From Hydrolagus colliei (lineage: Eukaryota), in NCBI GenBank assembly GCA_035084275.1, contig CM068759.1, positions 3,410,001 to 3,474,000 on the forward strand: a stretch of 64,000 nt of DNA. Direction: 5' to 3'. Positions 38,813-51,630 of the stretch are shown here, one piece after another. Position 1 is the stretch's first letter, and every line of letters begins with the position of its first letter. The translations under genes were made by a program, and so were the position numbers. The notes beneath the pieces are model-generated. The model was given only the letters and a program-made list of their open reading frames with translations. It made no database searches and was not told the origin of the DNA.

Positions 38813-39073
38813 GAGCGCTGGGCAGCCACAATATTGTTTTGAGCAGATGTTCAAAAGCCGGGAAGTTAGCGAAAAATCACAGGTATGCTTTGAAGTGTGA
38901 ACAACAGACACAGGCACTAAATATACCACATGCAGGTCTGTTAGTAAGAATTAGATAACTGAAATCATTGAACAACAATCACCCAGAGTTAGTCAGGTGT
39001 GAATTTGATGTGAACTGAAAATATTGGCCTAGAGTAAACTGTAAACAATAGTGTATGACTCTTTTCAGTTTCA

Positions 39074-39184
39074 TCCACAAAATATACAGTCAATTCACTT
39101 TACATAATATTCTTAGAAGCGCTTTGAAATGTCTCGAAGACATAATAAAGCGCTATATCAAATGCCTGGATTATTATTATTATT
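39074..39184 (+). mobile_element. SINE family A tail
   Basis: ATATACAGTCAATTCACTTTAC...GAAGCGCTTTGAAATGTC...GCGCTATATCAAATGC..(ATT)n. Confidence 0.8.
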
Positions 39185-39885
39185 TACTCTTGGCCAACTG
39201 TGTTGGAGTGTAACTTTAGACTGGAGTCTGCATTCAGATATATGCAGTTTGTTTTAGATAGATATACATTTTAAGTGTGACTGATGTGGTGTAACTTTCA
39301 TGTCGCTGATCTGTACAGAACCAAAGAAGTCGATCAACCCATTATGCCTGCACAGGCTGTTTTAAAGAGCAATCCTTTTAGTCCCAATTTAACTGCCTTT
39401 TTTACATACCATGCAACTGACTCACTTTCAAAATGTGGCAGATTCCATCTCGTACACTTTTGAAAGCCAATATGGATTTTGCAATAAAACCACCTAGGTC
39501 TTGATCTACTCAATTTATGGTGCTTCTCATAGCATCCAGAATTCGGTGAATTCTTACAGAGTCTTTGTTTGGAGACGGTTTTCTCTCTAAGTTCTTTTAT
39601 CGAGGACAGAAAATCCACATTAAAAGTAAAGGCCCAATTCAACAAGTTGCCAAATTCTGATTGCTCGGAAACGCAACGCAATTAGAATAAATCTAGAGCC
39701 GGGTATCATTTCTCCCCAAATCCCGCGGCTTCGACGGGAGGTTCTGAAAGTGCATTGCAAACCCCATAACAATAAAATAAAGAAAGCGATGTGTGTGGAA
39801 TTTCTGAGGCCGGCTGCCGATAAGTGTTGCAGTTTGTAAAATTCACCAGTTTCAGACGTGAACAATTGCAACTTTTGGGATGTTT

Positions 39886-39950
39886 CAGCGCCTTGGGCCG
39901 TCCTCCTGACATGTAAGGCGCGATACAAGTGTCACTTTGTTGTTGTTGTG
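39886..39950 (+). mobile_element. Short L2-type 3' tail
   Basis: CAGCGCCTTGGGCCGTCCTCCTGACATGTAAGGCGCGATACAAGTGTCACTTTGTTGTTGTTG. Confidence 0.75.
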
Positions 39951-42470
39951 ATTGTTTCAAAATCCCACAGTTTTTGTACTCTGCAGTGTTAAGACTCCCC
40001 CGCTGAGCTGTTTACACTGAGAGGGAATTATGCACACGTGATTGCTCGGCTCATTAAGAATCTTCAGCACAGGCATCACGTAGTGATAAAAAGCAAATAA
40101 GGTGAGCCGGGGCCCCGTGACAAAAGCAACTAAAGGGAGATAGCATTGCATATAAAATAGCATGATGTTACAAGGTTAATTTGTGAGGTATGATGGTGTC
40201 TTTTCTGTACTTTGTACACATTATTCGAGGTTCCGATTTCACAGGGAATGTTAGGGTATACCATATTAAACCTTACTGTATACTTGAGGTAATTAAAGGA
40301 TGCTTACACTGGCTCCATTGTCTGAGAGCAAGTGCCTGTGTTTCAATGTACAGTTGCTAAGCTATTAGGAAACAGGAGGAAGGCAGAAAACACCTTTGGT
40401 TATTCTGGACTGAAATGATGATCTAAAACAATCGATGGCAACTAGAAATGTTATGGTGCACCCCTGATCTTCTGTACGAATTGCATTTCAGTGAGACGGA
40501 AATGCTTTATCCCCTTGATTTGGAGCTCATCGGCATCAGATAAATTTTTCACAGGATTATTTTCACCGCATGGAATGCCAACAGCTGCACCGTGAAACAG
40601 TGGTTCAACTGTTTTAGCAAGTGGGACGCACTGCGCCCACCTAGCCATCTGTTCCCCCACATCAAACAAACTTAAATCATCGCCAAAACGTCCAAAAGAG
40701 ATGGCTCAGTCAATCCAACAGCTCGCAGAAATCTCAGCCTTACAAGGGAAAGGCTTGCCTTAAATGTACGAAACTGGGGACAGGGAAAGGCAATTCAGTT
40801 CTTTCTGGTATGTCCTCATCTCTAGGTCCATGTAAACCAAACCATTTTCATCTGCCTCCCACTTTGGCAGTGCGGAGACTCCCTCCCGGTTGCAATGAAG
40901 CATAAAGTCTCTTTCATATCATCCCCTGTAGTTTCAAAATCCTTTAAATCTTGGCTTCCACTTGATCACTGTTCAATGGTGCCGTCTATACATAGACAGT
41001 TTCAGTGACAGTATTCAACCAGTGCATGGCACTGAGCTCCAAGCTGATCAATAAAACATTCTAGAGACTGCCTATCTACATACTACTTAAAATGTCCTAT
41101 TTCATTTATAAAATGTGTGCAATGAAATAGATTAAAAGCACAAACGACATGTTGTTGATGCAATAACGAAACGTGATTAGATCCAACTATCTAACATATC
41201 ACCTGAAGAACTCATGGATCCAATGTTTGAATAAACTCAAGACTAATCAAGACTAATAATATATGTTAAATGGCTGATGTGTATAATTCTATACAGAGCA
41301 TCATTTATGGGCATAATGAGGTTACACTTACAATAAAATTTGATCTTATATCTAAACCATGGATGCATCCCAATATTAAACTATGTTTAGAGTTAGAAAT
41401 CAAAACACTGACTACGGCTGAAAAATATAATACAAGATATAAATAATAAACCCCAAGTTTAAAATCGGAGCAGCCGTGTATCAGCGCTAAGCTTGTCGAT
41501 CGCTCAACAAGAAATGCAGTGATTGTTCAATCCTCTGCCTTCTTGTACTTTGGCCGTGCGGCTTCGGGAGCTTAACTCCAGGATGGTTCTACTTCTGCTC
41601 TGGTTGAAGGGGATTTCCTCAACTCGCAGCCAGCTCAAACAGGCTCAGAAAACTTTTGAAACGAGCACACGGGAGCAGATGAAACCCAGAGTGGAGTGGT
41701 ATCATGTGGGTCACAGCTCAATAAATTGCAGGATGTTCAATGCTGAACTGAAAGTTGCTTTTACAGTGACACCGGCCCCTGACAGAAGCTGGCACATTGT
41801 GTTGGTTTCCTTTGTTCCACTTTTGCCTGGTTTGCGCTGAAATGCAATAATTACACAGTCCTTCAGGGAACAGATTTTGGCACTATTCCTTTGTTCTCAT
41901 CCATGACTTGAAAAACTAAAGAGTGTGGCGGAGACTGGGAGTGTAGGTAGAATGGTGCTGGTTGAAAGAGCTTGCTGGCAGTCAGGAATGATTTATGTCT
42001 TTGCTTTTTCGGCGGAAACAGTTTCCTGTTTATTCTTGATCAGCATACGACTGTCGAGGAAAATGAAAGCAGATGGAGTTGAGTGAACCTAGAGCTTCTC
42101 CACCATTTCATATTGTAAGTAAACTGACAAAACTCCATGGGTTAGGTTTTCCCTTCGTGCCTAGGGACTATGGTTATTTTGAGTTGTATCAGAACTTGAA
42201 ATCTCCAGCCACGGAATTCAATCGTTTCTTTCATGGCGTTCCAGAATATATTTTTTTGTGCTTTAAAAGGCACAGGCATTGTGGAAAAAAGTCCCCGGTC
42301 AAAAAGGCCGGATGTAATGCAATGGTAATGATCGTGCAATAAAATAAATCAAAATTCAACATTAAGCATTTGCACACACACGATGGAACATGGCTTTTCT
42401 CTTTCTCAATAGACAAAGAGGATTCCTGCCACGTTTTTTTTTCTCATAAAGAACTCTATTCCTGTAAGTA

Positions 42471-42546
42471 CAGCAACAACAACAACAAGAGCTTGCAACA
42501 ATACAGCATCCGTCACACAGGCTAGCAACCTCGAGCGCTTTGACAG
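42471..42546 (-). mobile_element. Short L2-type 3' tail
   Basis: Reverse: AAAGCGCTCGAGGTTGCTAGCCTGTGTGACGG...GCAAGCTC(TTG)n; resembles the end of the L2 at 31510-31552. Confidence 0.5.
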
Positions 42547-42904
42547 TACAATTTGGTGTTACTGGTAATGCGAGTGAGCTGTCCCCACAAGAGTCCCCTT
42601 CACTCATGAGCAGATAAATCCCAAATGTACAGTTGCACTGCTCAGTTCCGCTTGCTTACTCTTTATTTGCAATTCATGCAACCTGTTTGTTAAATTCAGT
42701 TTCTTTTTCAGCAGAAGATGGGCACAATAAAAAATTTGACATTACTTTTGAGGTAAACAACAAAGATTGCCAACAATTAAATTCGACTTCCTCGGCTTGA
42801 AACCATTTGACCTCAACTTCCTTGAACACATCAAGGTACTCCCTCTACACTGGTAGAAACCGGGGTCGTTGTGTTATCAACCTATTGCTTACACAACCAA
42901 GTCT

Positions 42905-43035
42905 TGGATTGAGTTACCAAATTACTATTATGTTTTTGAGGAGGGAGTATTATCCCAGAAAGCAATCTGCCAATCAACTAACAACCAGGTTGCTACTTAT
43001 TGCTAGGTAAACAAAGGTGTATAGAGCCAGGAAAC
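42905..43035 (-). mobile_element. SINE family A long-form internal fragment
   Basis: Reverse: TTTGTTTACCTAGCAATAAGTAGCAACCTGGTTGTTAGTTGATTGGCAGATTGCTTTCTGGGATAATA. Confidence 0.75.
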
Positions 43036-43044
43036 CTATTTGTT

Positions 43045-43476
43045 TCCATTACCTTTATTTCTACGTGTGTAAAGACTACCGTTTCTTACACCCACAGAAA
43101 ACCAACCATCACATAAAGTGTTGCTATGGTGGTAGATCGCTGAGCTTAGGAATTTGAAAACCCTTCCAATTTGCTTGATGAAAGCATCTGTCACCTGCTA
43201 TGTAGGAGTTGATATTACCTGTGTACCTCTTCCCTGGTGTCTGGAAGAGGTTCTGTAGCATAAACGTTGATATTTCTAGTTATCTTCACTCTGACACACG
43301 GATAGTGCTGCCCCTATCCAGAAACAAGAACCCAGGTAATCATTCAGTATGTGACAGATGTTGCTGAGTGCATCACTGGTGAGATGAAACCGATAAATCC
43401 ACTGATGTTCAGTCGAGGCCAAATGGTTTGTTCTTGGCTTAGAAATCCTTTGCAAAAGAATTCTCTTTCTATTCAC
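43045..43476 (-). pseudogene. Decayed PIF/Harbinger DDE transposase (HARBI1-like), N-terminal half
   Basis: Collinear reverse-strand blocks across frameshifts: RISKPRTNHLASTEHQWIYRFHLTSDALSNICHIL..GAALSV / VKITRNINVYATE-LFQ / QVTDAFIKQIGRVFKF / LYVMVGFLWV*ETVVFTHVEIK; Harbinger consensus is ..ALxV..ALxFxATGSFQ..VTDAL..FP..FYxxAGFPxVxGAIDCTHVxIK. Confidence 0.75.
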
Positions 43477-43779
43477 CCAGCATCAGAGACCCACGTGAAT
43501 ACCACACTTTCTCTGAACCCATGGGCATCAAATGTCTGGACTTGTGTTTAACTCACCCCACATCCAAACATCACAACTTCATCTCAGAGGTCCTCAATAT
43601 GAAAAACATAGACTTTTAAAGTCAAAGTATTTTTTTTTCCAAATAATTGCAACAGGTGATGTTTTACTCAACATTCAGCTTGAAATCTTGGATGATGGCA
43701 TTGATTGTAAAGAGTTGTGTTACTGTTGGTAGTGACATACCAAAACAATATGCTTAGTAATGTACATACTGGATGGTAT

Positions 43780-43955
43780 CGCTCAAGATCCTTAACTTCG
43801 ACCGTGCCTTTTGCCACCTTCCTACCCTTACCCTCCCTGCCCTTCTACTGTCCTGATTCCAACCTGTGCTCAGGTCCAAATTCCTGACTATTTAGGTCTT
43901 TGACATATCCTCACAATGTGAAGGGCGCTATATAAATGTATTTTGTTGATGTTGT
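43780..43955 (+). mobile_element. L2 LINE 3' end
   Basis: CTCAAGATCCTTAACTTCGACCGTGCCTTT (ORF2 end, FDRAF), pyrimidine-rich UTR, GTGAAGGGCGCTATATAAATG tail. Confidence 0.7.
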
Positions 43956-44532
43956 AACTAACTCCTTCTGTTCAGATAGCATGCTAAATGCGGCTAGCTC
44001 CCTTTCTTTCTGCACACGTAAAGACTTCTGTTCCATGGTCCCACACATTAGTGATGCAAGATTTTTTTTCTAAATAAGTATTTGTCCAGAGAATGAATGA
44101 AAAGTTGCAGCAATAGGTCAAAATGACCTTTGCTAAATGGTTGACTTCTGTTCTTTGACTTCATGATGAATTGTACGACTTGTGGAGAGAATACCAATGG
44201 TTTCTTTTGCATTGAATTATTTCTGAGCAGGGAACATTTTTTGAGACTTCCTGAATTATGCAATACATCACCTAAATCATGCACCACAAAATGACAGCAG
44301 AGCATTAAACAGTCTTGTAGAACAGTCATGTCAACTATGGACATTGGACTTGAGTATTTCCCATACTAAATGTATTTGTGAATCAAACACATAAGAAACC
44401 ACGGAAAGATAGAAGTGCATTCACCCCATCAAGGTTGCATTTTTCACTTTAAAAGCCCTGGAGTAATATCTCCAATTTTGGGTCACTTTCTTATGTCTGA
44501 CAATTATTCCCTAATCCCATTCTCAATGCTAT

Positions 44533-44861
44533 ATAATAATAATCATCATAATCCTTGCATTTGATATAGTGCTTTTCACATCTGCTAGACGTCTCAAAAC
44601 GCCTCAAGGAATATACTGTAAACTGAATTGACTTTATATTTGTGGGTGAGATGTGGCAGCCAAGTGTCCCACAAATAGAGACCAAATTTTTATTATTTCT
44701 TTAAGGATTATTATCCCTGGAAAAGTGATCTACCAATCAACTAACAACCGGGTTCGTATTTACTGTTAGGTAAACAGAATAATGTGGAATAAGGAAGCTT
44801 GCCGAACATTCTGCCTTGCCAGGAATAGAACCCAGATGTCTTGCTTGTGAGACAGGACTCC
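44533..44861 (-). mobile_element. SINE family A long form, near full length
   Basis: Head with A box deleted (GGAGTCCTG joined to TCTCACAAG), module TGTTTACCTAACAGTAAATACGAACCCGG, Deu core, full L2 tail. Confidence 0.85.
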
Positions 44862-45291
44862 GCAATATAGTAAAGGCTCTCTCGCCTTATTAATGTTTCT
44901 TATTCCTATCAATCTCACTTGACTGGACAATTAAGAACTCCCTTCCTTGTTATTTGGACCCACTCCAGAGTGCACATTCAGCTGAATTCACTCATTGCCA
45001 CATAACAAGATCGGAACATTTGGAATTGGAGTAAATTTGTCAAGTTGTGATACTCACTCAATCTCTTGGACCAAATACACAGACAGCGATTCTCTCAACA
45101 CATGTTGTGAAGCAGTAGCCCCAGTCATCATTACTTTTAGTGCAATGATAGACTATCTAGCATGCTGTCCTCGATGAGATGCTGACTTCTTGGAGTTTAT
45201 CTAGTGAGCTGCCAAATTTGATAGGTGACTTCCTTGAAGGATATAAAGCTTAGATCCTGATAAATGAACATCTTTCTTCTGAGTAGCTCTA

Positions 45292-45520
45292 CTTAGGGTT
45301 CCTCTGGAAGTGTGCTTGATTCAACCACTCTGTTATATCTTTATCAGCAATTTAAGGGAGATACTGTAGTGAGAAATGATATGGTTCAATTTGTTGACCC
45401 TCTTAACCTTGGCATTAACTCCTCATCTGAAAGATCAAATCACAGTATACTTGGGCAGTGGGTAGATGAATGATATGTTATCTTCAGTGTTGAGTAATGT
45501 TGCATTTCTACTTCAGAGAT
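45292..45520 (+). mobile_element. CR1-clade reverse transcriptase fragment (degenerate)
   Basis: Frameshifted VP(Q)GSVL..PLCYIFISNL, then MVQFVD (FADD-like) and QWVDE..FSVE (W..W...FN..KC-like). Confidence 0.6.
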
Positions 45521-46359
45521 TTTTCATTTACTTTCCCCCACATCAGATATAGACTCTCCAGAATATTCCATTCTGACTTTCTTCTCAATGTTTGTATTTC
45601 CCTATATTCAAAGATATATGAAGCTATATTGATTATGTTGGTATTTTGATTAACTCCTTCAAAAAAGAATTACACTTGACGATTTTACTCTCCTCCCTAG
45701 GCATTGTGTACATTTTTAAAAGGTGAGAAGAATATACAGACATCTGCCCATCCTCTCAGCCGCTAAACCACTTGTGACCGAACACCCTTATAAGGATTTT
45801 TGGAACTCGGCTCTTTCTGAATCTTCTTTTAGCTCCTCACACAGATCATAAAGCATCTGCTGTAATGCCAGTGTGTACGCTCCAGTTTGCAAATCATATC
45901 CTTTTTGATTAGACAGAATATTTTTACTGATACCAATTTTTACACTGAGCTGAGGAATAGTGAGAGTAATAGGCAATACCTGGCTCTTCTTCAACAAGCA
46001 CGGGTATAGTCTTTACTATGCAATGGACTCCTAAAAGCTCTGTTTGGACATCTCAGTTAAACCTTCACACAAACTTTAACTGTAATATTATTAAAGAGCC
46101 AGTCACCCAACTATTGGAGAGCCAGTCATTCAATAATGCAATGCGATGGGATGAGGACAGGTAGTAGAAATCAGGCTGCCTGTGGAAAAAGATGGGTTTA
46201 GTGGGATATAAATTGTGATGTTACTTTGAAGCCACTTTGCTCTCAGGAGTTTCAATGAAGCATTTAATTTCAGTTCCAAAACAAAATACCCTTTAACTAA
46301 AATGATTCCAAATTATTTTATAAATGCAACCTGTTGGGGATTTAACATTGACGAGCAAT

Positions 46360-46690
46360 AGAATCTCAACCTTTTAACTGTGGGATCCAGGTTTGAATCA
46401 AGGTCAGATTGATGGATTTAAATTCTCCTTTGCCTGCCAGCTAAACACGCTAAAGAGATGTTGGGTAGCTTCAATCCAATGTTACAGTGTGTGCCAGTGT
46501 ACAGCACACAACTGCCCTACATGGCTCAGCGACAAAGATAGGTGTGAAAAATTAAGACAATTGTGCTAATGTCAGTAATGGATCCTCGTCTGAAACTGGG
46601 GTTATGGTAACTTACTGGGGTGGAATAGGAATGGAATAGGAATGCTATAGGTAGCATGAGACAGTTAATCCTGAAACAGGGTATGGAAGC
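46360..46690 (+). mobile_element. Ancient LF-SINE-like relic
   Basis: CCTTTTAACTGTGGGATCCAGGTTTGAATC (B box)..GATTGATGG..TTGGGTAGCTTCAATCCAA..ACAGCACACAACTGCCC..GGGGTTATGG follows the recalled LF-SINE-type order. Confidence 0.5.
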
Positions 46691-46695
46691 AGAAG

Positions 46696-46760
46696 AAGAA
46701 CAACAGCAAATTATGTTTGCATATCACCTTTCATGTTGGGAGGATGTCCCAAAGTGCTGA
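46696..46760 (-). mobile_element. Short L2-type 3' tail
   Basis: CACCTTTCATGTTGGGAGGATGTCCCAAAGTGCTG. Confidence 0.7.
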
Positions 46761-47004
46761 AGTGTTTCGTTCCTCACTGCTGTTGTTCCTCATCTTGTTG
46801 TAGATGTCTATGTTTGAGAAAGTTCTACTTAGACTCTGATACATATGGTTCTTTAAACAGTCGAACAGATTTTAGGTTTGTGTGGTATCTTTGGATCAGT
46901 TGTTACTGCGTACCGCATCTCTGCCAGCCACCTATTTGTTTATCTACCACACATCAGTTTCTGTGTACCACATACTCATTTCTGTGTGTATTCTGTGTGT
47001 AACA

Positions 47005-47305
47005 GGGGAAATCCTGTGGCTCAGTGGTTAGAGCACTCACGTCACAAGTGAGAGCCCTGGGTTCGGATCTCGGCAGGGTGAAACCTTGGGCAAGTTTCCT
47101 TACTCCACACAACTGATAACAATCTCCCAAGAAAAAAACAACAACAATAGATTGGTCGCTTCAATCCACAACTGTTTGTGGGACATGCTGTGTGCAATTG
47201 GCTGCCACGTTTTGCCCACAAATATACAGTCAATTCGCTTTACAGTACATTCTATAAAGCACTTTGAGGCATCACAAAGACATAAATGCAAAGATTATTA
47301 TTATA
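47005..47305 (+). mobile_element. SINE family A, full length (short form)
   Basis: TGGCTCAGTGGTTAGAGC A box, GGTTCGGATC B box, Deu core GTGCAATTGGCTGCCAC, L2 tail. Confidence 0.9.
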
Positions 47306-50300
47306 TCATAACAATGTTAGAATTGTGTGCCCAAGCACATCCGAGGTGGTGAGACAACTGTCAATGCAGGATGGCACAGAGCCAATTTATATTCTCTAAA
47401 GACAAAAGATCCTACCGTTGGAATAAAATGCTCTGATTTGACAAGAAAATTTAACCTGTCCTCTACCTACCTCCCCTCTAACCAGAAGCCCAGATTCCCA
47501 AGGAAACAACCATCTCCATCCAAAATCAATAAATGAGAAATCACCTACTCCATGATAGGCAGGAGGAAAATAAAATCTTACAAAATCCCTGGTCAAATGA
47601 CACCTCTGTAAACACTCGCCTGTGAATTAGAAATGGTCACATTCAAAATGTTCACATGAAAGATACTGGATTAAATCATCTGTATATTTCATCATGCAAA
47701 GTCGCACTGCAAACAAGGGACATATTATGCTTCAGTGCAGTGAGTGGGTGTGGGAGGGAATAGCATTGTACTATCAATAATGGTTATTAGCATAAAATCA
47801 AGCCCTTCAGTTTGAACATATGAATTATCGTCATTTTGATCGTGAGTTATTCAAAAACACATTCTGTAGACATCTTGCAATGAAATATCATTAGAGCTTG
47901 CTGTCTTTGTGTCATTAATACTGTACACCACTTGTTTTTAGTTCAGATACACTTGTGTAGAGACAGTTTTGATCTCATTTTGCACACAACCTTAATATCC
48001 TAATACTTCCACGTGGCTTTAGATCCTCCCATTGCACATAGAAAATATCCTGTAGCAAAAGCACAGATTGCAGATGGATCAATATTAGCTGGAACCCTTG
48101 TCTTTCTCAGGATACCTTCTGACAGTTTCCAGCAGTGCAACTGACTTGTTTAATTTACACCAGCAAGTTTCATTAACGGTTTGCTTGGTAATAGTTTGCT
48201 GAACATCTGGTATTAAATGGGCTGAAGCAAGTGCTTTGTGTTCAGCCTGAAATGTATAAAACAAGCATTTTCAATCAGCCAAAAAGCCACTTCTGTTGGA
48301 AGAAATTATTATTTCATTGTCAGAGGACTATGATTTTATAGTCATAGATAAATTTTTCCACACATAAAAATATCCCAGGTTTAATGATGCTGCCCCCACT
48401 TGTGCTCTAATGTTATGCATTATCATCCACTTTGCTTGCAGACAATACATACATAAATAAAATGCATGACAAATAAAATAGCACCATATTTTGCTGTGCC
48501 AAGTAACATGGAAGCTGCAAAATAAAAAAAATGCAATTTCAGTTATCATATTTTCCTGCAACAAAATGCAACTGTACTCCTTAAGATGCCGTGTAAATCA
48601 TGCCATAAAATGCCGCATACTGTGTGAAATGAAACACAAAGAGAAACCTAATGATACGTTATAGTCTGATGTAAATATCTGTCTGTGCAGCAACTGCTGG
48701 CAATTAAAACCTTTGGATGGGGTGGAGGATAGGAGCTTCAAGTTATGGCCCTTTGTGTACACGTGCACACGCACACAGAAAAGTTGTACATTTTGTGGGC
48801 AAAACATAATGATCTCCAATCAGGTAACATTCTGTTTTCAGAAGCCTCACCCAAGGAACTCAAAAACTCCTGTCCTCCGACATACTTAAGAGCTTGCAAG
48901 TAGCAGTAATAACACTGCCAGGCAAAACGAATTTGATATAGTGTACTGTTAACATGAATAGACAGAACACACTTAAATTAACATCTTTGTGCGTCATTTT
49001 TTTTTCATCAGAAATCAGCCTACGTGTGCATTCATGTGGAGAAAATATAATATATGAAATATGCAGTGGTAGAATCCAGAGGACAGCTTAAACTTATTGC
49101 ACTGATGGAACTCTCTTGGAGTTTCTGAATATATAGAATATTGAAGTAGCCTACATAGATAACCAGAATGGAATGTGTAGAGATGAAATTGGGCTCCGTT
49201 GATAACGGATACACACGCCGTGCTGCTTTATGTCGCGGTGGATGCGATGAACATCAATATTCAGGTCACGGCCGTGCAGTGGTTGTGGCTGTAGCATAGT
49301 GCTGAGCACATGCATGTGCAAATGAAAAATATATTGGATGCGGAATTCTTGAATGGCACGAGTCCTGTGTAGTCAGCGAGAGGTATTGAATTGACTTAAG
49401 CACTTTTTTCTATCTTGAGAACGAGAAGTGATGAAACACTCTAGCCTGATCTTGAGCAACTCCTGGAGGATGGTGCCTGAACAGTAAGAAGATAAAGCTA
49501 GACAAAGCCCAGTTTACCTTACACCATCCTGGCAGTCGCATCTCCGAAATTATCCGCTGGTATTCTATGATATTATTTCCTAAAATAAATAATATCTATG
49601 ATAAGTAGCAACGGTATGGAAAAGGCCTGAGCATAGTGACTCGTTCTTGTGAAAGACGTGGAATAAAGGACACACAGGGGTGAAATTTGTGGCAATTCGA
49701 GTGCATCAAATCGATCTGCATCTCACTGAATGTAACCTGAAACGCCACAGAGATCACCTTTTTTTTTCGGTAAAAGGAAAAAGCAACAGTGCCACGATTT
49801 TACTTAAAAACACGATTTCCGATTTTCAGAATGAGATGGAATCCAATTCTTCACGCAAATAACCTGGAAGTTGTGTGCTATGTGATTCATCTAACCATGC
49901 TGTTTCGCAGGAACTCCAATATACATACTGGTGTTCTTGTACAAAGGGGAAAAAAATCGAAGTTACAAGAACTTTGCTAAAACACGTCACAATAATTCGC
50001 AAAGGACAACTCACAAAGGAGTGTGTTCATAAGTAAAAGATGAAAATGTATCATTTGTGTGGGCTGGAGTTTCCTTTCAATTTCTTTGCCAAGGTTACTT
50101 AAATGTCTGAGAGCAGAAACACTTCAGTTTTGCCGTTAAGGGTTTTCGTTCCATTTCTGCCTTCTTTTGAAATAACTTAGAAATGTCCACCAGGAAACAC
50201 AAAACTCCAATAAAAACTCAATTCCAAAATCAGATCTTCCTTTTCTTTCCTTGTCAGATAGAATTTTTTTTTCTTAATGTTAAATACAAGGTTGACTGAC

Positions 50301-51119
50301 TGCAACTGCATCAGATCTTGCCTAAACGTTTGACTCTAATGCCTGATTTCGGGCAAAATATTATATTCCCTCGTTCAAATACTGCAAAATAGATTTTTAG
50401 TCCATTTGAAGTTCAATCTTGTGGGAAATGTTTCTTTAGCGAAACAAATGTTAAGTGAAAATACACATCACGTTGCATTAGGCTAGGGTCGCTTGCCTTG
50501 CTTGCTTTATGATAGATTGCCATTTTTTAAATTTAGATTGTTGCAGTTTCTCTTCAATTCCCTCCATTATTACCTGCCAAACTGTTTCCAGAGTCAGTCA
50601 GAATGTTAGCGCAGCCTGAGTCACAACCTCTTGCAGCCTACCTTCAATTAATTCAGTTAACCCTCTTTACACTAATAGAACTGGTATGAGTAAGACGCTC
50701 TGACTGCAGAGTATGACATATGTTAGGCGAAAAGGTTATAGACGGTGGCATTCAGCCTCATATGCTTTGCCTCACACACACTTGGCTTTGTGTACTGAAT
50801 GCACCGACGCTCTAAATTTCAGGGGAAAATGATTCATCTAGTATGTGGTCTTTATTTTAGCCCAGACATAGAAACGTCATATTCTTTTACTAGCATGGAT
50901 GCTTTCAACACATGTCTCGGCATACTGGTTCCTGGGGCATTGTATTAACTGCAACGATTATACAGGAGCTGACACAGCATTACTTAAGTGCAAAGCCATT
51001 TATTTTATGGGATCTCCATGGAAATAGAGAAGCTGAAATGAACACTAAATGCGGCTACTCCAAACAATGAATTTTGTATTGAATTTGTACTTTGGTGGCA
51101 GTTCAGACCAAAATTCCTA

Positions 51120-51265
51120 GTTTAGTGCAGGTATTTTCCCTATAGGATGGTGGATGTGTGGAATAGACTACCACCAGAAGCCTGTGTTGGTATTTTGATT
51201 GACTCCTTCCAAAAAAAATTACTTAAATGTTTGCTTGAGAAGTTTTGAGAGATGTAGGACTAGCA
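51120..51265 (+). mobile_element. CR1 ORF2 C-terminal fragment
   Basis: Reads FPYRMVDVWNRLPPEA..IDSFQKKL; about 36 bp shared with 45637-45674. Confidence 0.6.
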
Positions 51266-51497
51266 TTTGTGAGATTATATATCTCACTTCAATAACCTCC
51301 TTGGAACCATGAAGGTTCAATGTGGAGCTTTGAGCTGCATCAGCCTAAGTATTAGGAGTAGCTGAGTGAACATAAACCCACTGGATCTCTGAGCGATGAC
51401 GTCAAGTGAAAATCCTAACTTCCTTTTCCAATCGGTCTTCTCTCCCTTTTCAACACAACACAAAATAAACTTGAACAGAATTTCCCATCCACAAATT

Positions 51498-51630
51498 AGA
51501 TAATTGTTTGGGGGAGAGAAGTTTGCAGGGCTATGGGGAGAGAACAGGGGACTGGGATTTTTTTTTAACAACTTTGTTCAAAGAGTGGCACAGACATGAT
51601 GGGCCAAATGGCTGTATAAATCTATGATTC
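51498..51630 (+). mobile_element. CR1 3' UTR
   Basis: TTGCAGGGCTATGGGGAGAGAACAGGGG...TTCAAAGAGTGGCACAGACATGATGGGCCAAATGGC...TCTATGATTC. Confidence 0.75.

Noticed and set aside
45788-45997. ORF ending LQQMLYDLCEELKEDSERAEFQKSL, protein-like helix
   Set aside because: No recognised homologue, no good acceptor site and no partner exons; needs BLAST and RNA-seq
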